From the NCBI GenBank assembly GCA_036172245.1, contig JAYWIR010000030.1:1-64000 (forward strand): DNA of 64,000 nt, given 5' to 3'. The notes beneath the pieces were generated by a model that was not told where the DNA came from, made no database searches, and was given only the letters and a program-made list of their open reading frames with translations. Position 1 is the first letter of the stretch, and every line of letters starts with the position of its first letter. Position numbers and translations under genes: made by a program. This DNA is from Raillietiella orientalis. Its lineage: Eukaryota. Below are positions 60,405 through 64,000 of this stretch, in pieces.

Positions 60405-63400
60405 TACGTTTGTGAAACCCTCAAAGGTGAACTCGGAGGTATTCACCTTTGAGGGTTTCGCTTGTCTCTTTGCTTAAGGACAAAACTTTATACAGACGGC
60501 TCCGACTTCGGCGGAAGGTGGGCTTCTAGAAACAGTCGGCGTAGGACCCAGCGTCACCTTGCCTGCACCCCACATGGGTAGCTGCTTATTGATCACTCCG
60601 TCTTTTACACGTTACCCTTGACGACTCCAAGGAGAGAGATATGAATGTCTCCGCCTTAAGCTGTTGATTACGTTTTGAGGTTATTCAAAAGGTTGTCGGC
60701 AGCTGAAATCGAGCAAAGACAAAGCGTTCTCTTCATATTAGCCCTCTTAATATACAAAAATGTGTGTGTTTTTTGCTTTCAAATCAATCCAGGCCTTCTT
60801 GATTTGAAACTGCGCCGTTGTTCAGAGGTCAGCTTCGAACCGACTTCGAAGAAAAAAAAAAAAAAAAAAAAAGAGAGAGATTTCCGAAAGTGAGAAACTG
60901 ATGAGACATTGCGGTGAGAAGTACGTCTGCAAGCTTTTGCTACGTCCATCTTGTGAAAAAAGTTTCCAGCTTCTTGTTCCTACATTGGGCAAGGGGCTAG
61001 ATCCTGTTGATGTCTGGTGATCTAGCTATTATCCAGGTAGCTTTTTTTCTCAAGTTGTCAATCACAGCTCGCGAGGCTGCAAACGTTCATCCAAGGCGGC
61101 GGACAAAAAACGCAGAGATGGAGAGAAGCAGCGGTTGCACGCTGGAAACCAACACTGCACTCTCGCAGAGCAGCTGTCGCGTCCACTGTCTCTTATTCTT
61201 CGGCGCGAAATACCTTCAGCTGAAGACTGAAACTTTGCATCTGCGATGGTCCTTGGAATACAAATCCTGGAAGCGCTCCAGGTCGTGACACGGTGTAACC
61301 GCGGAATGAATTTCGCCTGCATCCAGTGGGTAGGAAGGAAGCAGGAAAAAGGCAGCGCTCGATCGCCCCGAGGCGGAGACTTAACAGAGGCCTCTCTGCT
61401 GAGATCTTGTCTTCGGCAGTGACATCAGGAGCGAGCTGTATTCCTTCGATTCATCGAAGAACTTTCGAAACGAGTGGGGTGCCCGGCCGAACACTGCTGT
61501 GACCGGGACATCATTTCCTGCAACGGGGAAGCCACTGTGGTTACGGAATCCCGGTTGACAGCATCCCGGAGCGTCTCTGTCCCAACCACTCGTCCGGAGA
61601 TTGGCAATGGCGATAATCTCTTAATCCATTGCAAAACTCATTTCCAGTTTCCACCATGGAAGTCTGCCTGTGTCGTGGGAGCCCTTCGTCCATTTTCAGG
61701 TCCAGACTCCAGGTAGCCGAATCCATCCCTGGATTCATTTCCTCAAGGCTGGACGAACTCCTTAGAATGTAAAGTGCGCAATCTGCACAGCATCCGAATT
61801 CGTGTGAGGACAGTCTGCTGCTAAAGCTTTCGAATGACAAAGCTGGAACTCCATCGTTACGGTGTGGACAAAGCAAACAGTTCCCCGGAGTGACCATGCG
61901 GCTTTCTTTCACACCTACGTCTTCCGTCGGTGTGCTTGCGTGTGTTGCAGTGATGCCATCATCTCTTTGTCGAATTGAAGAAAAAACAAAGAAGAAGAAG
62001 AAGGAAGAAATTCAGTGCACTTGGTAAACTCAGCGATGGGAGACATCGGCCTTAACCGTTGGTACTGATTCGGCATGCTTGACATTGTCAACGAATTTTA
62101 GATCAAGCACTCAGGTCACCATGGCTCGCATGCGGCTTCTTTTGGTTAGAGGCAGTGCTGAACTGTCGTACGGAATCCAGGGCCTGCCTTCAGTGCGAAC
62201 TCTTTCTCACAAATCAAAATGGGGAACGGTGGTGACATTTTCGTCTCGTACTCCGGAGGGCCGTTGCGCGCCACCTGATTTGCATGCAGATCGAAAGCTA
62301 GACCTTGCAGTCTCCATTTTCTCGGGGTTTAGGGGCGGCCAAGAACTTCCCCATTGCCAGCTGATTGGTTAAAGCCACTTGTCAAATGTAATTCTGAAAA
62401 GTGCAAGCTTTCTGCTTTCGTTTGTTTGAGCAGCCGAAGGAAGACGACTTCCCCCAAGTCTTATCCCAAGGGGTGTTCTCAGTTCTGCAGCAAATAGGGT
62501 GGATTGCACTGAAGATTTTCCTTGCTAGGTCATTTTCTTGAATTTGTCCAAGCATTCCTTGATGTTCTTCAAGGGTTTCAACATATCTCGGGGTGGAAAG
62601 CAGTTGTGGCGTTTACCTTTGCTCCCTTCTGGGAGCAGGACCTTCGATTTCGTTTGCCTGCTTCGCCACCCTTTCTAGTGGTCTCGGATTTTTATCATTC
62701 GGGTGTTGCGAACTGTTTGGCAGGTAGCTGCCGCCACTTCTGCTTTTGCAGTGGACAAACGAGAATGGCGTTGGCTGCATTTGGGATCTGCTTCCTCGAC
62801 AGGCTTGGCATCAGGTGACGGGGTTGCTCTGGTGCACCCATCCTAATCTTCAGATGCAATAACAGGAATGATAGGCGAGGAGGACATTCGCTTTCTCTCG
62901 TTTGGTGCCCCGATATGAAGCCAGGCACTTGAGCTTCTTCGCGAAAACCAAAGATCCCTTTCGGTTCGATCCTCTGGTACGAAAAGAAGCCTCCTCACCA
63001 TGACAAGGAGGATTGAGGAGGCGATTTTCCTTTCGCTAAACCTTCTTGCTGGTGTGCCGAATTCCGTGTCGCGAGAGGATCCGCGTCTTGCGCGCTACTT
63101 GCGGTCTTTTTGATTCCAACCGTAGAATTTGGGCACCGAAGGAGCTCCCCACTTGCAGTTGCACTTTTGGCGTTCGTGAAATTCTTCCCATCAGCCTTCA
63201 GTCTCATCTTGTACGTTTGTACATCTCCAGTCTCTTCGTTGCTTCCTTCGCCGCCGCATGCTCTCACTTTGTTTTCTCCTTTCCCGTCGGGTTTAGAATC
63301 CCACATATATATATATATACATATATGTGTGTGTGTGTGTGTATGGACAGCTTCGTGTTTCTTTTAATCTTTCAAAGAGTTGCATGCCGGCAACAACCCG

Positions 63401-64000
63401 GAGGATGAAACCGACCCACGGATCTTCCCATCGCATACGGCTCCGTGGCTGGTAGCAGAGGGTCATTACCTACTCGTTCAGGTGCCATAAAGTCGTTGTT
63501 GTTTGTTAGTAGCAGCGGTTTCTGCGCCCTTTGGGTCTGGCGTGAGTGTGCAAGGCAACAAGCCTGCTTCGTTTGGTCGTCTAGTCGTCCAATGGCAAGG
63601 CGAGTCCGAATTCCTCTTTCGCGTCAGTTCGGGCCTCAGTCCCTCTGGAAACTGTTAACTGCAGGAAATGACTCTTGACGTTTATTTTTGTTGAAGATTT
63701 TCTTTATTCGAGTCTCCTATCCATCCATCCTTGATCTCTGCTCTGGGCTGCGCTGGATGGCGAGGAGAGCACGGCCTGCCGCAAAGAGTAATTGTGGGGA
63801 ATTTCTGGTCGCACCTCTGCGGCACAAAAAGGTTGGCACAAAAGGTGCTTTTGCCGGAGTGCGCACGATGTAGAGAGCGAAGGAGCACTGCAAGGAAAGT
63901 CAGCTGCCATTTGCAAGCCTGCCTCTTGGGGAAAAAGATCGCCAGGCTGGATCGAGAAAGAGGGGCGAAAGGAACACCGGACACCTTGTACAAAGATACT

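Noticed and set aside
60412..60461. Perfect hairpin as a pre-miRNA or intrinsic terminator
   Set aside because: It is short, pairing does not extend, and it is explained by the templated inversion at the U2 retro-insertion junction.
1..64000. CRISPR array, rRNA, tRNA genes, telomeric repeats, prokaryotic systems
   Set aside because: No regularly spaced repeat-spacer array, cloverleaf, rRNA motif or telomere tract was seen. Isolated GTTCGA words (e.g. ~33678, ~62964) lack tRNA context.

Overview
Eukaryotic, most likely invertebrate animal, genomic DNA; no prokaryotic operon, rRNA, tRNA or CRISPR signal was seen. Bases 1-42,200 are mostly decayed L1/Tx1-clade non-LTR retrotransposon pieces (ORF1 zinc-knuckle, APE endonuclease, RT, C-terminal zinc finger, 3' UTR). 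Part of this was recently re-duplicated as a ~10.87-kb unit, giving a 6.5-kb inverted repeat (1-6515 vs 10882-17394), a 3.8-kb direct repeat (6521-10320 vs 17394-21194) and an internally deleted third copy (32005-37092). Two host genes are well supported. One is an intronless 458-aa CENP-T-like kinetochore histone-fold gene (21604-22980, minus). The other is a three-exon HSBP1 gene (46275-54176, plus), missed by the ORF track, whose second intron is a U12-type AT-AC intron. A 36-nt U2 snRNA 5' fragment sits between 12-bp target-site duplications with an inverted flank copy (60359-60459). Weaker signals are Gypsy pol relics, a possible SWIM/YqaJ relic in HSBP1 intron 1, and a shared non-poly(A) 3' terminal motif on the Tx1-like copies. 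Most short ORFs in the track are shadows of GC-rich transposon debris. All protein-family calls come from motifs recognised by eye and need database confirmation; transposon boundaries are approximate.
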